A DNA stretch of 64,000 nt, from positions 23,354 to 87,353 of the forward strand of contig JBAZZU010000003.1 in NCBI GenBank assembly GCA_041658605.1, read 5' to 3'. A model generated the notes under the pieces. That model saw only the letters and a list, made by a program, of their open reading frames with translations, was not told the DNA's origin and did no database searches. How positions within the stretch are numbered: the first letter of the stretch is position 1; the number at the start of each line of letters is the position of its first letter. Positions 1 through 9,961 of this stretch are shown here, in pieces. This stretch comes from Thermoleophilia bacterium. Its GTDB lineage: Bacteria > Actinomycetota > Thermoleophilia > BMS3ABIN01. Both the position numbers and the translations under genes were made by a program.

Positions 1-1
1 C

Positions 2-1609
2 ATGCTGCTGACCCGTGGCGGAATGTTTGGTTACTATTTCCCCACGGAGACCCTGGCCCTTGACTTTTCGGCGGCCAGGTTTGAACCTCTGCTTCGCTCA
101 AACTCCTACCTTGCCGCGTTGATCGGGCGGCACACGGAGAACTCGGCGAAAGGGTTTGACAACACCCACCGGCGCGTTGTTGGGCCTTCCACCGTGTTCT
201 TCGCCATCACAGGTGGCAAGACGGGTACCGAGTCCTTCCCCTTCGATGGCGTTTTCTTCGATGAAGTGCGGCGGATGAAGCCCGGCGACATCGAGCGCGC
301 AGAAGAGCGGACCTCAGCAAAAGATGCGCCCTTCGATATCAAGGTCTCCACGGCGTTCTATCCTGACTCCGATATCCACAAGTACTTCAAAGAAGGCGAT
401 CAACGATACTTTCACTCGGCTTGTAACTGCTCGGAAGGGTGCGTTCTGTCGCTTGCCTATCCGGATTGCGTGGCCTCAATGGAAGGGGTCACGCCCGAAT
501 TCCTACGGCACGTCGAGCACGCTTTCTCCCTGGCCGGCCTTCCGTTCCTTGGCTGCTCCGAACAAGATCAGCACAAGTACGGGAAAGCCGTCTTTGTCTG
601 CCCAAGGTGCGGGGAGATCATCGTCAACCCTCGGGACGGCTGGTGGGAGGCGCACGAGCCGGGCCGTTACGTTCACTCCTGGCAAATGAGCCAGATCCTT
701 TCTCCGAACTACTCCGCGTCAAGGGTCTTTCACAAGGCCTCGCGTGCCTCTGACGTGATGGAACTCTGGAACTCCATGCTCGGACTCCCCTACCTTGACC
801 CGCTGGCGCAACCTGTGAAACTGGAGCACCTTGAATCCTGCGTGAATCCGGCTCTCTATTGGGCCGCCAACCAAGGTGACGAGTGGAAGCAGAGGAACGT
901 CGTTCACACCGCGATGGGATCCGATCAAATGGGCGGGTTCAATTGCGTGGTTATCAAACAGCAGGCCCCGAACGGCAAATATCGCACGGTCCATCTTGAG
1001 GTTATCCACGGGGATGATCCCTGGGAGCGTCAGGCCTACCTCATGGAGGAGTATCAGGTGGACCTCGCGGTGGTGGACTCGAACCCAAATTACAACGAGT
1101 CGCACAGGTTCTGCAAGGCCTTTCCGAACCGTGTCTGGCTCGCAGAGTACACGGACGAAAAAGGGCCTCTGGTGCGCTGGATGGACAAGAAGCGCCAGAG
1201 AGAAGACCAGAACAAGGCAAAGGCCCTGAACTGGCGGTGGACCGTCCGGATCTCGCGGACGCGAGCGCTTCAATGGAGCCTCGGGCGCTGGGCACTGCGC
1301 CAGAACGAGACGCCAGATCCGGACGCCCTTCTGCAATCGCTCCCGAGAGACAACGGGCAGGTCGTCCTGACATCTCGGCTCAAGCGGGGCACGTTCTCTC
1401 CGTCTCGGATATGCCGGGAAGTGTATTGGGTTCATCAGCAACGGGTCGCGTTCCGGAAAGAGTTTCTCGACGACGACGCGGAGCTGGGAGTCCTCAAGAA
1501 GGTGGTGGCGGATCACGTCGGGCTCGATCCCCACTTTGCCCATGCGGACCTTTACGCCAACGTGGCCCTTGCGCGTATCGGCGGCAACATGCTCGACGAG
1601 GAGGAATGA
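2..1609 (+). CDS. Terminase large subunit, 5'-truncated at window edge
   Basis: Walker-B-like VFFDEV and a downstream RNaseH-like nuclease signature (LAVVDSNPNY). Sits directly upstream of the portal candidate. Stop overlaps the next start (ATGATGG). Confidence 0.55.
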   Translation: MLLTRGGMFGYYFPTETLALDFSAARFEPLLRSNSYLAALIGRHTENSAKGFDNTHRRVVGPSTVFFAITGGKTGTESFPFDGVFFDEVRRMKPGDIERAEERTSAKDAPFDIKVSTAFYPDSDIHKYFKEGDQRYFHSACNCSEGCVLSLAYPDCVASMEGVTPEFLRHVEHAFSLAGLPFLGCSEQDQHKYGKAVFVCPRCGEIIVNPRDGWWEAHEPGRYVHSWQMSQILSPNYSASRVFHKASRASDVMELWNSMLGLPYLDPLAQPVKLEHLESCVNPALYWAANQGDEWKQRNVVHTAMGSDQMGGFNCVVIKQQAPNGKYRTVHLEVIHGDDPWERQAYLMEEYQVDLAVVDSNPNYNESHRFCKAFPNRVWLAEYTDEKGPLVRWMDKKRQREDQNKAKALNWRWTVRISRTRALQWSLGRWALRQNETPDPDALLQSLPRDNGQVVLTSRLKRGTFSPSRICREVYWVHQQRVAFRKEFLDDDAELGVLKKVVADHVGLDPHFAHADLYANVALARIGGNMLDEEE

Positions 1610-1791
1610 TGGTCAGAATGAGAGCTCAACTCAAAGGGACTCGGCCAGGTTCGAACGCGGAGGTGGCGGTCTATGTGGAGGCGCCTCCACCGGGCGGCGT
1701 CAAGATCATCCTTCGAGTCTCCACGATATCCGTGGAGGTTGACGCGGAGGAGTTGCGGAAGGCCTTGAAAAAGGTTACAGATCCGGAATGA
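1606..1791 (+). CDS. Small hypothetical protein (61 aa)
   Basis: ATG at 1606 overlaps the terminase stop (ATGA). High-GC3 frame embedded in the longer 1237..1791 ORF. Confidence 0.3.
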   Translation: MMVRMRAQLKGTRPGSNAEVAVYVEAPPPGGVKIILRVSTISVEVDAEELRKALKKVTDPE

Positions 1792-2015
1792 GAACCTTCA
1801 AGCAACTCCGCAAAGCAAGGGGCATCACCCAAACCGAGCTATCTGCCTGTGTTGGATGCGCCCGATCCTACATCGCCCTAATCGAGACAGGCAGGCGCAA
1901 GCCGGCGGACCTTCTCGCCCGCATCGCTACCGCGCTCGGGATGACCCTGCCGGAACTTGAAGCAGTTGTGGATCCCCAAGAGCCCCAAGAGCCCCAGAAA
2001 GAGCCGCTCGGATAG
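1788..2015 (+). CDS. XRE/Cro-type helix-turn-helix transcriptional regulator
   Basis: ITQTELSACVGCARSYIALIETGRRKP HTH signature. ATGA overlap with the upstream ORF. C-terminal QEPQEPQKEP tandem repeat. Confidence 0.6.
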   Translation: MRTFKQLRKARGITQTELSACVGCARSYIALIETGRRKPADLLARIATALGMTLPELEAVVDPQEPQEPQKEPLG

Positions 2016-2056
2016 TGGGAGAGCCATAGGGGTATAGCCTCGCCCGAGGTGTACCT

Positions 2057-2452
2057 ATGGCATCGATTCTCTTCTCGCGTCGTTACTCCGGCTCTTCGGA
2101 GACCTCCTATTCGCTGGTCGGGCCCGTGCGCTCCGTCGCGATGGCCGCGCCGACGACTCGCCAGGGTTTCCTTGAGCCGTCCATGGCGTTCTCGGGTGTC
2201 CGCTGGTGGATCGACCCTGCGCCTGCTGACGTGGCCATCACCTACAACATCCATGTTTGGCGCTGCGCGGTCTACGTTCGCGGGGACGTTGTAGTCCTGG
2301 CGACTCCGGTGGAGGAAGACACGATCGTCGGTCATTCCGGCGGCTGGTCCTACGATCAGCCCTGCAACGGCGACCTTGTGATGGTCACGATCAACACCTT
2401 TTCGGCGCCTCCCGCCGTAGGGTTCCAGATCCTGAAGAAGGGCGTCTCGTGA
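2057..2452 (+). CDS. Hypothetical protein
   Basis: 131-aa ORF in operon context. GTGA overlap with the next ORF. Confidence 0.4.
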   Translation: MASILFSRRYSGSSETSYSLVGPVRSVAMAAPTTRQGFLEPSMAFSGVRWWIDPAPADVAITYNIHVWRCAVYVRGDVVVLATPVEEDTIVGHSGGWSYDQPCNGDLVMVTINTFSAPPAVGFQILKKGVS

Positions 2453-2865
2453 TTGAACTGTCGATGTTCTCCAGCCCGGCACAGATAGCGCTGGCCAGGA
2501 TAACCGGGCTCGGCTCGGGTATGCCTGCGAGCGCACCGGGTACCACGACGATGATCCTTCGCCTTCGACGAATCGAGGATCCCCAGCGCGACCTGGAAGA
2601 ACTCCAGACGAAGGACTGGGACGACCCGCGAGCGAAGGAGGCCCGCAAGCGAATCAAGGCCGGCGCTGACTCAGGTGTCGGCCTGGACTCCGATGGGCAT
2701 TACACGCTCGACGGGCGCCGCTGCTGCTACGGGCTGATGCACCGGCTCTCAAACCGCGAAAAAGTGGCCTGTGAAGACGGCGTTGAGCGGGACCTTCAAT
2801 GCAATCGCCGGTGGCGCTGTTCCTGCCGGGCGCTCTGGGAAGCGCAGTACGAGGTGCTATCGTGA
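2449..2865 (+). CDS. Hypothetical Cys-containing protein
   Basis: GTG 2449 overlaps the previous stop. Ends with TGA overlapping the GTG of the portal candidate. Confidence 0.35.
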   Translation: MIELSMFSSPAQIALARITGLGSGMPASAPGTTTMILRLRRIEDPQRDLEELQTKDWDDPRAKEARKRIKAGADSGVGLDSDGHYTLDGRRCCYGLMHRLSNREKVACEDGVERDLQCNRRWRCSCRALWEAQYEVLS

Positions 2866-4508
2866 GCGACGATAACGCGGTCAACGCGGCTCAAGAGGAA
2901 CTCCTTCGACGGGCGACGATCCGCAACGTGCCGGAGACCCCGCTCTACCAGACTGCCGGTATCGGTGGCACGATCGAGAAGAGCCAGACCGCGTTCGGTG
3001 GGCTCTATCTCTCCTATGACGTGCTTCGCCTGCTACGCGAAAAGGTGCCTTCGTACAACATCATCCACTCGGTAAGGCATACGCAGATTGCGCGGATGTC
3101 GGAACAGTGGACCGGAAAACCGATTGATGTAGGTTGGGAAGTGGTCCACAAGGACCACAACCGCCAGGATGTCAAGGTCCCGGAAGGGTTTCAACGACTC
3201 ATCGATGAAGCGAGCCGCTACCTGCTCGAACCCGATCCGGGTGGTGAGGCCAGTACAACCGCGAGTTTCCTGGTTCCTCTCTGGGAAGACTTCGCCACGA
3301 TCAACCACCCATGCGCCCAGGTGCTGCGGAACCTTGCCGGACGCCCCGTTGGCATTCGCTGGGTGGACGGTGGGATCATCTGGCCCATGCTGGAGTGGAT
3401 GCGCTGGTACGAGAAGGAGAACCCCTGGCCGGGCAAGGTTCCGACCTCGTTTGAGGATCGGGTTGACGCAATCGCCAACCGAGTGAAGCGCGACCTGCAA
3501 GGGAAGCGCTGGTGCCTCGTCCGCGACGGTATCCCCCAGCGGACCTATCGAGATGACGAGTTGATCGTGAAGCCGTTTGTCAATCGAACGGACGTGCGAT
3601 GGCTTGGGTACTACCCTGGAAAGGTTGAATCCTCCCTTGAGATGGGCCTCCACGCTTTCAACGCGATCGAGTCCAACGGTGGATGGTTCACAAAGGGCGC
3701 ATGGGTGGAAACCCTGCTTGCCCTTACCGGAAACGTGAGCGACGAAGACTTCAAGCGCGTGCGCGAGGACATGCGCCTATCAACGCAGGGAGTCCAGAAG
3801 AACCAGCAGGTTCCGCTTGTGCGCTTGGGGGAGACAACGGGTGATATTGACCTGAAAACGATTCAGATCAAGAAGAACCCGCAAGAAATGGGCTTCCAGG
3901 CCTGGATATCGTTCCTGTTCTCTGCACAGGGCGCGATCTACCGGATGGACCCGAGCACGTTCAACATGAAGCCATGGGACGGCGGGTCTAACCCGTCGTT
4001 GAACGCCCCAAATCGCGAGAAAGAGATCGCACTCGCGAAAGAAGAGGGCCTCCAGGGTGACCTCGCGCACCTGAAACGCTCGTTCCTTGACCCCTTCGTC
4101 CGGGAGATTCATCCGGACCTTCGCCTGATCTGGCATTATGGCGACTTCGACCCGGAGAAAGAGAACCGCGTCAACGAGATCCGGATCCGGGTGGATACCA
4201 CAATCAACGAGATCCGCCTGGAACAGGGCAGGCGCCCGCTCGGGTTTTGCCTGACGGATGACAAATACGAAAGCGCCTCCGACGAAGAAAAGGCCAAGCA
4301 CGACGTGAACCCCTACAATCACGTTCAGAGCATGGCCATGCAAAGCGCCACGCAACAGGCCAAGGCGGTCCTACAACCTCCCGAGCCTCAACCCTACGGC
4401 GAAGACTGGCAGGAACCCGACGGAGAGCCCCAGGGCCAACCAGGAGCGCTTGAGCAGGAAGGGCAGCCGTTCCAGAAGTCGGTCCGCGTCTATGTGGAGG
4501 ACTTGTGA
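2862..4508 (+). CDS. Portal protein candidate
   Basis: 548-aa protein between terminase and MuF-like gene (canonical terminase-portal-MuF order). GTG start overlapping upstream stop. Assigned by position and size only. Confidence 0.45.
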   Translation: MSDDNAVNAAQEELLRRATIRNVPETPLYQTAGIGGTIEKSQTAFGGLYLSYDVLRLLREKVPSYNIIHSVRHTQIARMSEQWTGKPIDVGWEVVHKDHNRQDVKVPEGFQRLIDEASRYLLEPDPGGEASTTASFLVPLWEDFATINHPCAQVLRNLAGRPVGIRWVDGGIIWPMLEWMRWYEKENPWPGKVPTSFEDRVDAIANRVKRDLQGKRWCLVRDGIPQRTYRDDELIVKPFVNRTDVRWLGYYPGKVESSLEMGLHAFNAIESNGGWFTKGAWVETLLALTGNVSDEDFKRVREDMRLSTQGVQKNQQVPLVRLGETTGDIDLKTIQIKKNPQEMGFQAWISFLFSAQGAIYRMDPSTFNMKPWDGGSNPSLNAPNREKEIALAKEEGLQGDLAHLKRSFLDPFVREIHPDLRLIWHYGDFDPEKENRVNEIRIRVDTTINEIRLEQGRRPLGFCLTDDKYESASDEEKAKHDVNPYNHVQSMAMQSATQQAKAVLQPPEPQPYGEDWQEPDGEPQGQPGALEQEGQPFQKSVRVYVEDL

Positions 4509-5638
4509 CCGGCGGCGCTTTGGTGTTCGCTGACGGGTTGAAACTGTCAACGAACCTTGCCGGCTACCCGGAAGACGTCCGCGGGGCTCTCTACCGCGCC
4601 CTCGGGCGGCATCTTGGGTGCTGCGAACACGAGATGGAGAAAGCCGTTCACGGTGAGCCCCCCGATCCTCGATACCCGGAACTGGAGAAACTGATCCGGG
4701 CTGCTCAACGAGACTGGACCCGTTGGGGCTCGGACCTCGTGGACGAGGTGTCGAAACTGGTAGGGGGCAAGAAACTACCGCTCTCGGCATCGCTGGAGCT
4801 CCGGCTTCAGGAACTACTCCAGGACCATCAGATCCGACTTGCGGCGATCTTCTCGGGCCGCTGGCCGGGAAAGTTGGCGCTCCCTCCGAACGTACTCCTA
4901 TTCCGGAAGGAACTTGGAACGAGCCCGACTGAGGCGGCTTTCCACCTGGGCAGGGTGCGCCAGGTCTTCGAAGTCCACTTTCCTCCAACGAAGGAACGAC
5001 CCCTATCCGAAGCCGTCAAGGAAGCGCTTGCAAAGCCGATGACGAAACAGGAGAAGGCCGCCCTTCGCTACGTTCAGGATCGGTCGTTTCAGTACATGCG
5101 CCGTCCTGCCTGGGGAGCAGCGGAGGCCCTGGGTGCGGAGCTGGTGCAGCAGGAATACGCGGACCTCCGCGATGGCCTGGCGGGCGCTGTCGAGCGCAGG
5201 GAAGGCCCCGTCGCCATAAAACACCGGCTCCAGGAGGCTCTCCAGGGCCATCCGACTCTCCAGAACGACCTGGATCGCGTGGTCCGCACCGAGACCCATT
5301 TCGCGCACGCTTTCGGGGCTTACGTTGCTCTCAAGGAAGGCGCCGCGAAGTCTGGAGAGGAAGACCCTGAGGTATACAAACTCGTCTCTCCGCGCGCGTG
5401 CCCGGATTGTCGGCGCTTGTGGGGCGATCCCAATTCTCCGAAGAGGTATCGACTTTCCGAGATCGAAACCTGGGAAGCCCAAGGTGGCAACTTCAAGAAG
5501 CCTCACAAGGAATGGAAGGCCGTGATTGGGCCAACCCATCCGAACTGCACCGAAGGCCCGCTCCAGTATTTCGACGAAGAACTCGACGCCTCCATCAAAC
5601 GAGCTGCGAAGGCGTTTCTTGACAAGCAGGAAGAATAG
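4505..5638 (+). CDS. MuF-like (phage Mu F / SPP1 gp7 family) head morphogenesis protein
   Basis: C-terminal THPNC motif resembling the conserved HPNCRC of MuF domains. Position immediately after portal. ATGA-type overlap. Confidence 0.5.
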   Translation: MTGGALVFADGLKLSTNLAGYPEDVRGALYRALGRHLGCCEHEMEKAVHGEPPDPRYPELEKLIRAAQRDWTRWGSDLVDEVSKLVGGKKLPLSASLELRLQELLQDHQIRLAAIFSGRWPGKLALPPNVLLFRKELGTSPTEAAFHLGRVRQVFEVHFPPTKERPLSEAVKEALAKPMTKQEKAALRYVQDRSFQYMRRPAWGAAEALGAELVQQEYADLRDGLAGAVERREGPVAIKHRLQEALQGHPTLQNDLDRVVRTETHFAHAFGAYVALKEGAAKSGEEDPEVYKLVSPRACPDCRRLWGDPNSPKRYRLSEIETWEAQGGNFKKPHKEWKAVIGPTHPNCTEGPLQYFDEELDASIKRAAKAFLDKQEE

Positions 5639-6013
5639 ATGGCAACCAAGCATTTCGCGATCCGCATCATCGCCGAGACCTCCGACGACACGACCGACAC
5701 GCCGGTGATCTGGGTAGACAAGACCTTCACGCTCGACGGCTACACCGCGAAGGAAACCAAGGACCTCGTTCTTGGTCCTACCGCTGCGGATCAGATCCTC
5801 ACGATTCCCGACGCCTGCGGCATCGTCATCCTCTCCGAGGACTACCCCTTCTCGGTGCGGCTTGCGTCCGCGCAGAAGCTGGTGGGCCCGGTACTCTTCT
5901 GGTCTTCGATCGCGTCCGATACCGACGACAAGATCATCGACGTTTCCGTGCTCCTCACGGGCAACGGCACGAACGCCGCAGCCCTCAAGATCCTGGTGCT
6001 CGACCAGACCTAG
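5639..6013 (+). CDS. Hypothetical protein (124 aa)
   Basis: ORF immediately after the MuF-like gene (stop ATAG-ATG). Confidence 0.45.
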   Translation: MATKHFAIRIIAETSDDTTDTPVIWVDKTFTLDGYTAKETKDLVLGPTAADQILTIPDACGIVILSEDYPFSVRLASAQKLVGPVLFWSSIASDTDDKIIDVSVLLTGNGTNAAALKILVLDQT

Positions 6014-6064
6014 CCGCGAGATCGCGGCCTCTTACTCCCCTCCCCGAACCTCAAAGGAAAAACC

Positions 6065-8524
6065 ATGCAGTCCGCTCTGACCACCAATGAACTCAACCTC
6101 CTGAACGGCTCCGTTCCCGGTGGCCCTCTGGGCATCCGGTCCAAGGAGATTCTTCTCGGAACCCGCCTCTTCGACCTCGAAGCCGTGGTTCGCGTCGTTC
6201 TCGACGGCGACGTGCCGATCACGATCGCCAACAACACCGCCGGAGTCCTTTCCGCCGGAACCCTGGTCGCCGTGCCCACCTCCTGGGACGCTGCCAACGG
6301 CGCCCCGGATGCGGTCAAGGCGGACGCTGACAACATTGCGCTGACCGCTACCCACGTCGTGATCGCCGACATCGCCGTCGGTGAGACCGGCCTCGCCCGT
6401 GGCGCGTGGCTCCAGGAAAACATCGACACCTCGGCCTATTCCGCTGCGGACGTGGCCCTCTACCTCTCTGCCGTCGCTGGTGGCGTGGTCGAGTCCGCTC
6501 CGACCGGTGCAACCCAGTTCCAGCAGATCGTCGGTCTCGTCGGCGTCAAGAGCGCGACCCTCGGGTCCATCTTCTGGTGCCCCGGCTACGGCAAGGTCGG
6601 CAAACAGGGAACCGCCTTCCTCCAGGACCTCGCGGTCACGGCGGACAAGATCGCGCTTGCCCAGGGCCGAATCCTTCGCGGCAAGAGCGACGGATCCGGC
6701 AAGGCCGAAGCGCTCGACCTGCACGTCGCGGATACCATCCCCGTCGGAAACGGAACGGACGTGGTCGGCATGGTACTTCCCACCACGGGGATCGTCGCCA
6801 AGACGGCCGCCGGTGCCGCCTCTGGGCGAACCATCACCGCAGGCTCCCTCTCCCTCTCCGTCACGAACGGTGATGGCGTCGCGGGCAACCCCACGATCGA
6901 CACGGCGCAGGACATCCGGTCCACTGCTACGCCCACGTTCGCGGGCCTCGAAATCACTGGGGACCTTGTCGTCAAGGGTGACTCGATCATCGCCGACATC
7001 GAGCACGTCCAGATCGAAGCCAACTACATCGTCCAGAACACCGGATACAGCACGAACGTAGCGGTCACCGGCGGCCGGGTGGTCAACTACCTCCCGACGG
7101 CCACCCAGACCACCACGGTCGGTTCGGGTGTCTTCACCCCGGGCGTGCTGGCCACCTCCGATCCGACGGTCACCACGGCGGGCGCGGCAACCTTCGCTGC
7201 CTCCGACCTGGTGCTGTTCTCCGGTGCCGCCGAAGAGAAGAACAACGGGATCTTCGAAGTCCTGACCCATGCGGCCAACCTCCTCACGATCAAGTCGAAC
7301 TCCGGCCTGACTCCCGAGGTCGAAGCCTGGACTGATGGCCAGTTCATCGCCGATACCGATGTCGGCGTGACCATCACGAAGGTCAACGTCACGGTCGACC
7401 GGGTGGGCGTGGACGGCCTCGTCGAACATGGCAAGGGCTCGGCCACCCCGATCGTCTTTTCGGATACGGTTCTCAAAAGCGACCTCACCCCGACCCCAAG
7501 CACAGTCATCCCGGCGGCGGTTTCTGGTGGCGCAAGCGGCCTGCTGACCGGCGGTGACAAGGCCTCGCTCGACTCCCTGGTCACCGGTGGCGCGGGCTTC
7601 TGGAGCGACACGGCGGACGGTGCGATCGCCGTCGCTCGGTTTGTCGAGATCGACGCGGGCGGAAACACCGTCGCGGGATCGATCGGTTCGGACTCGGTGG
7701 TTGGCGCTGGCTTGAACGCTGCGCCGGTCGTCGGTACGGACCCGATCGTCGTCGGCATCGGCAAGCGGTCGCTGGTTGCGGCTGACGCAATCCTGGCTGG
7801 GCAGGAACTCAAGTGCGCCGAGGACGGGATGGCCATCTCCGCGGTCACTTCGAACAACGGGCTCGCCAGTGCAACCATCGGCGGCGGCACGGGCATCGAG
7901 TACACGAACCAACCCGCGAATGACCAGTTGACGATCGAATCCTCCGACGCGGCTGACACTGCCGTTCCGATCACGATCATCGGTACCACGTTCGGTGGTG
8001 TCGTTGTCAGTGAGGAAATCAAGAGCACCGACGGCGCGAACGGAACCACCCCGGTGGACTCCGTGAAGAACAACTGGGGCCTCATCCTGGCCTTCAAAAA
8101 GCCGGTCACGGCAGGAACGATCACGGTCAAGGAGAAGTCGGGCGGTTTGACGATCCGAGTCATTCCTGCGCTTTCGACGACTGACGCCGTGATCGCCGTA
8201 GCCGCCGGGAACCAACAGGCGTACAACAATAAGCCTGAATTCGCCGCGGATGCCGGTACCACGAAGGTGATCGGGTTCAAGCGGATCGCCACCACGGGCA
8301 CAACCGAGACCTACGAAGCGGCCACGCTCAACGGAACGGCGAAACAGAAGCCGGCCACCGCGTCCCGCCGGGTGACGGAACTCTACGTCGGCGACCTCGA
8401 AGCGGCGCGCACCCTGACGGTGACCACCACGGCCACGGCTGACGCCCAGGAGATCCGCACCGGTCGCGCCTACTCCGCTGCGGCGGCTCGCGGGGATACC
8501 ATCTCGGCGATCGTGCGCCCGTAG
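6065..8524 (+). CDS. Large Ala/Gly/Thr/Val-rich virion-structural-like protein (819 aa), function unknown
   Basis: Strong RBS AAAGGAAAAACC-ATG. Low-complexity beta-rich composition typical of fibre/decoration proteins. Followed by a strong intrinsic terminator. Confidence 0.5.
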   Translation: MQSALTTNELNLLNGSVPGGPLGIRSKEILLGTRLFDLEAVVRVVLDGDVPITIANNTAGVLSAGTLVAVPTSWDAANGAPDAVKADADNIALTATHVVIADIAVGETGLARGAWLQENIDTSAYSAADVALYLSAVAGGVVESAPTGATQFQQIVGLVGVKSATLGSIFWCPGYGKVGKQGTAFLQDLAVTADKIALAQGRILRGKSDGSGKAEALDLHVADTIPVGNGTDVVGMVLPTTGIVAKTAAGAASGRTITAGSLSLSVTNGDGVAGNPTIDTAQDIRSTATPTFAGLEITGDLVVKGDSIIADIEHVQIEANYIVQNTGYSTNVAVTGGRVVNYLPTATQTTTVGSGVFTPGVLATSDPTVTTAGAATFAASDLVLFSGAAEEKNNGIFEVLTHAANLLTIKSNSGLTPEVEAWTDGQFIADTDVGVTITKVNVTVDRVGVDGLVEHGKGSATPIVFSDTVLKSDLTPTPSTVIPAAVSGGASGLLTGGDKASLDSLVTGGAGFWSDTADGAIAVARFVEIDAGGNTVAGSIGSDSVVGAGLNAAPVVGTDPIVVGIGKRSLVAADAILAGQELKCAEDGMAISAVTSNNGLASATIGGGTGIEYTNQPANDQLTIESSDAADTAVPITIIGTTFGGVVVSEEIKSTDGANGTTPVDSVKNNWGLILAFKKPVTAGTITVKEKSGGLTIRVIPALSTTDAVIAVAAGNQQAYNNKPEFAADAGTTKVIGFKRIATTGTTETYEAATLNGTAKQKPATASRRVTELYVGDLEAARTLTVTTTATADAQEIRTGRAYSAAAARGDTISAIVRP

Positions 8525-8539
8525 CGGAGACCTCGACAA

Positions 8540-8579
8540 GGCCCCCATCGGGATCATCCTGGTGGGGGCGTTTTCTTTC
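8540..8579 (+). terminator. Rho-independent terminator after the 819-aa gene
   Basis: 13-bp GC-rich stem (GCCCCCATCGGGAT / ATCCTGGTGGGGGC, two G-U wobbles), 3-nt loop, then GTTTTCTTTC. Confidence 0.6.
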
Positions 8580-8590
8580 AGGAGTTCAAG

Positions 8591-9961
8591 ATGCCCTATA
8601 AAACCGTTCCGAAGCACCTCCACGGCTTGACCCTGGCCCAGGCCAACCGCTGGGGGTCCGTGTTTGATGCGGTTCAGGGCTCCACTGGCGACTCCGAGAA
8701 AGCGGCTCGGGTGGCTTGGGGGGTGATGAGGAAGGCTATCATGGCGGTCCGTGTTCCAGGCCATACCAGAAACGGACACTATGTGAAACCCTACCTGCGG
8801 ATGATGGACCGCGCCGAGGCCCAGGCGGGACCAGGCGAGCGCATCGTTTACCGGGCGTCCAACGAGAACGCTCCCGAGGTCGGTACGCACTACACCGAGC
8901 AGAAGGAGCACGCGGTCGCCTACACCGATAATTCTGGTTTCGGTGGCTCAAAGGTCCATCGGTACGCGATCAAGCCGCAGAACGTGGCGGATACGGTCGG
9001 GGAGGAAAGGAACGGTCTTCGAGGACTGGCGCTTGCCTACCTGCGGGCGCTCGACCCTGAAGACGCGGCAGAGGTGAAGGAGAAGACCAGAAGACGACTT
9101 GGCGTGGATGACGACGAGCGGATCACGTCGAAGCACGTCGCGCAGGATTGGGATGAGCGCGGGCTGACTCATGTCTTCCATGTTCTGGAGCACGATCCCC
9201 GGGTTGAACAGGCGATATCGCAGGTCCACGACTGGATCCGGTTTGAGGATGATTTCCCCGAGGGGTCGATTACCTGGAAGCGTCTTGGTGGAGAAAAGCC
9301 GATGAACAAGGGTCTTGTACTGGAGGCCTCAGATACCAACCCCGCAGTCAAGCGCTGGAAGCAGATCGATCGTGGCCACTCCGAGGAAGGGCACCGCTTC
9401 CTTTCGCGGGTCCATGCGGGCGGTGGGCAAATGGCCATCACCCAGGGCCATGCGGACGAGCCGCACGTCAAGAGGCTCCTTCGAGAAAAGTTGATTCAAC
9501 TCAAGAGGAACCCGGGTCACCACTGGAACGAGTACACGGCGCACCTCACGAAGGAGGGCACGAAGTACCATGAGGCCTATCGAGCCGCGCACGAGCAGAC
9601 AGGAAAGCAGGAGAGCCTGTTCAAGGGCGTGGTCTGCATCTACATGATCCGCAGTGACACGATGAGGAAAAGCATCCTTGAGAAGGCGGTTATCCCGGCG
9701 CTCGACATGGTTCCGGAGGACTTGGAGGAAGACGCTACCCCGAACACCTGGACCGAGAACGGGTATACCGTCTCATGGCGACGGGGCAAGCGCGGGCATG
9801 GGTCGGTTACCTTCGAAGGGAACGGGCTGGCTATGCCGTTCGTGATGACCGCTGCGGGCAAGAAGCACGCTCGGATCGTCGCAAGGGACGCGTCGGCGCT
9901 GTTGGCGAAGGGCAAGATCCCGCTTCTTGACGGGGTATTCAGGATGCGGAGAAAGACATGA
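8591..9961 (+). CDS. ChaB-domain protein with long C-terminal extension (456 aa)
   Basis: N-terminus MPYKTVPKHLHGLTLAQANRWGSVFDAV...AARVAWGVMRKA matches the ChaB family signature (MPYKT...LP...AQ...AW.AVK). AGGAG RBS. ATGA overlap with the next gene. Confidence 0.55.
   Translation: MPYKTVPKHLHGLTLAQANRWGSVFDAVQGSTGDSEKAARVAWGVMRKAIMAVRVPGHTRNGHYVKPYLRMMDRAEAQAGPGERIVYRASNENAPEVGTHYTEQKEHAVAYTDNSGFGGSKVHRYAIKPQNVADTVGEERNGLRGLALAYLRALDPEDAAEVKEKTRRRLGVDDDERITSKHVAQDWDERGLTHVFHVLEHDPRVEQAISQVHDWIRFEDDFPEGSITWKRLGGEKPMNKGLVLEASDTNPAVKRWKQIDRGHSEEGHRFLSRVHAGGGQMAITQGHADEPHVKRLLREKLIQLKRNPGHHWNEYTAHLTKEGTKYHEAYRAAHEQTGKQESLFKGVVCIYMIRSDTMRKSILEKAVIPALDMVPEDLEEDATPNTWTENGYTVSWRRGKRGHGSVTFEGNGLAMPFVMTAAGKKHARIVARDASALLAKGKIPLLDGVFRMRRKT

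Noticed and set aside
6032-8911. 959-aa minus-strand ORF antisense to the 819-aa gene. Similar long Arg/Gly/Asp-rich antisense ORFs at 719..1543, 20730..22097, 26353..28854 and 31781..34138.
   Set aside because: Arg/Gly-rich, stop-free antisense frames are the usual artefact of high-GC coding DNA. The sense-strand genes have coherent motifs, RBSs and coupling, and the antisense frames have low GC3.
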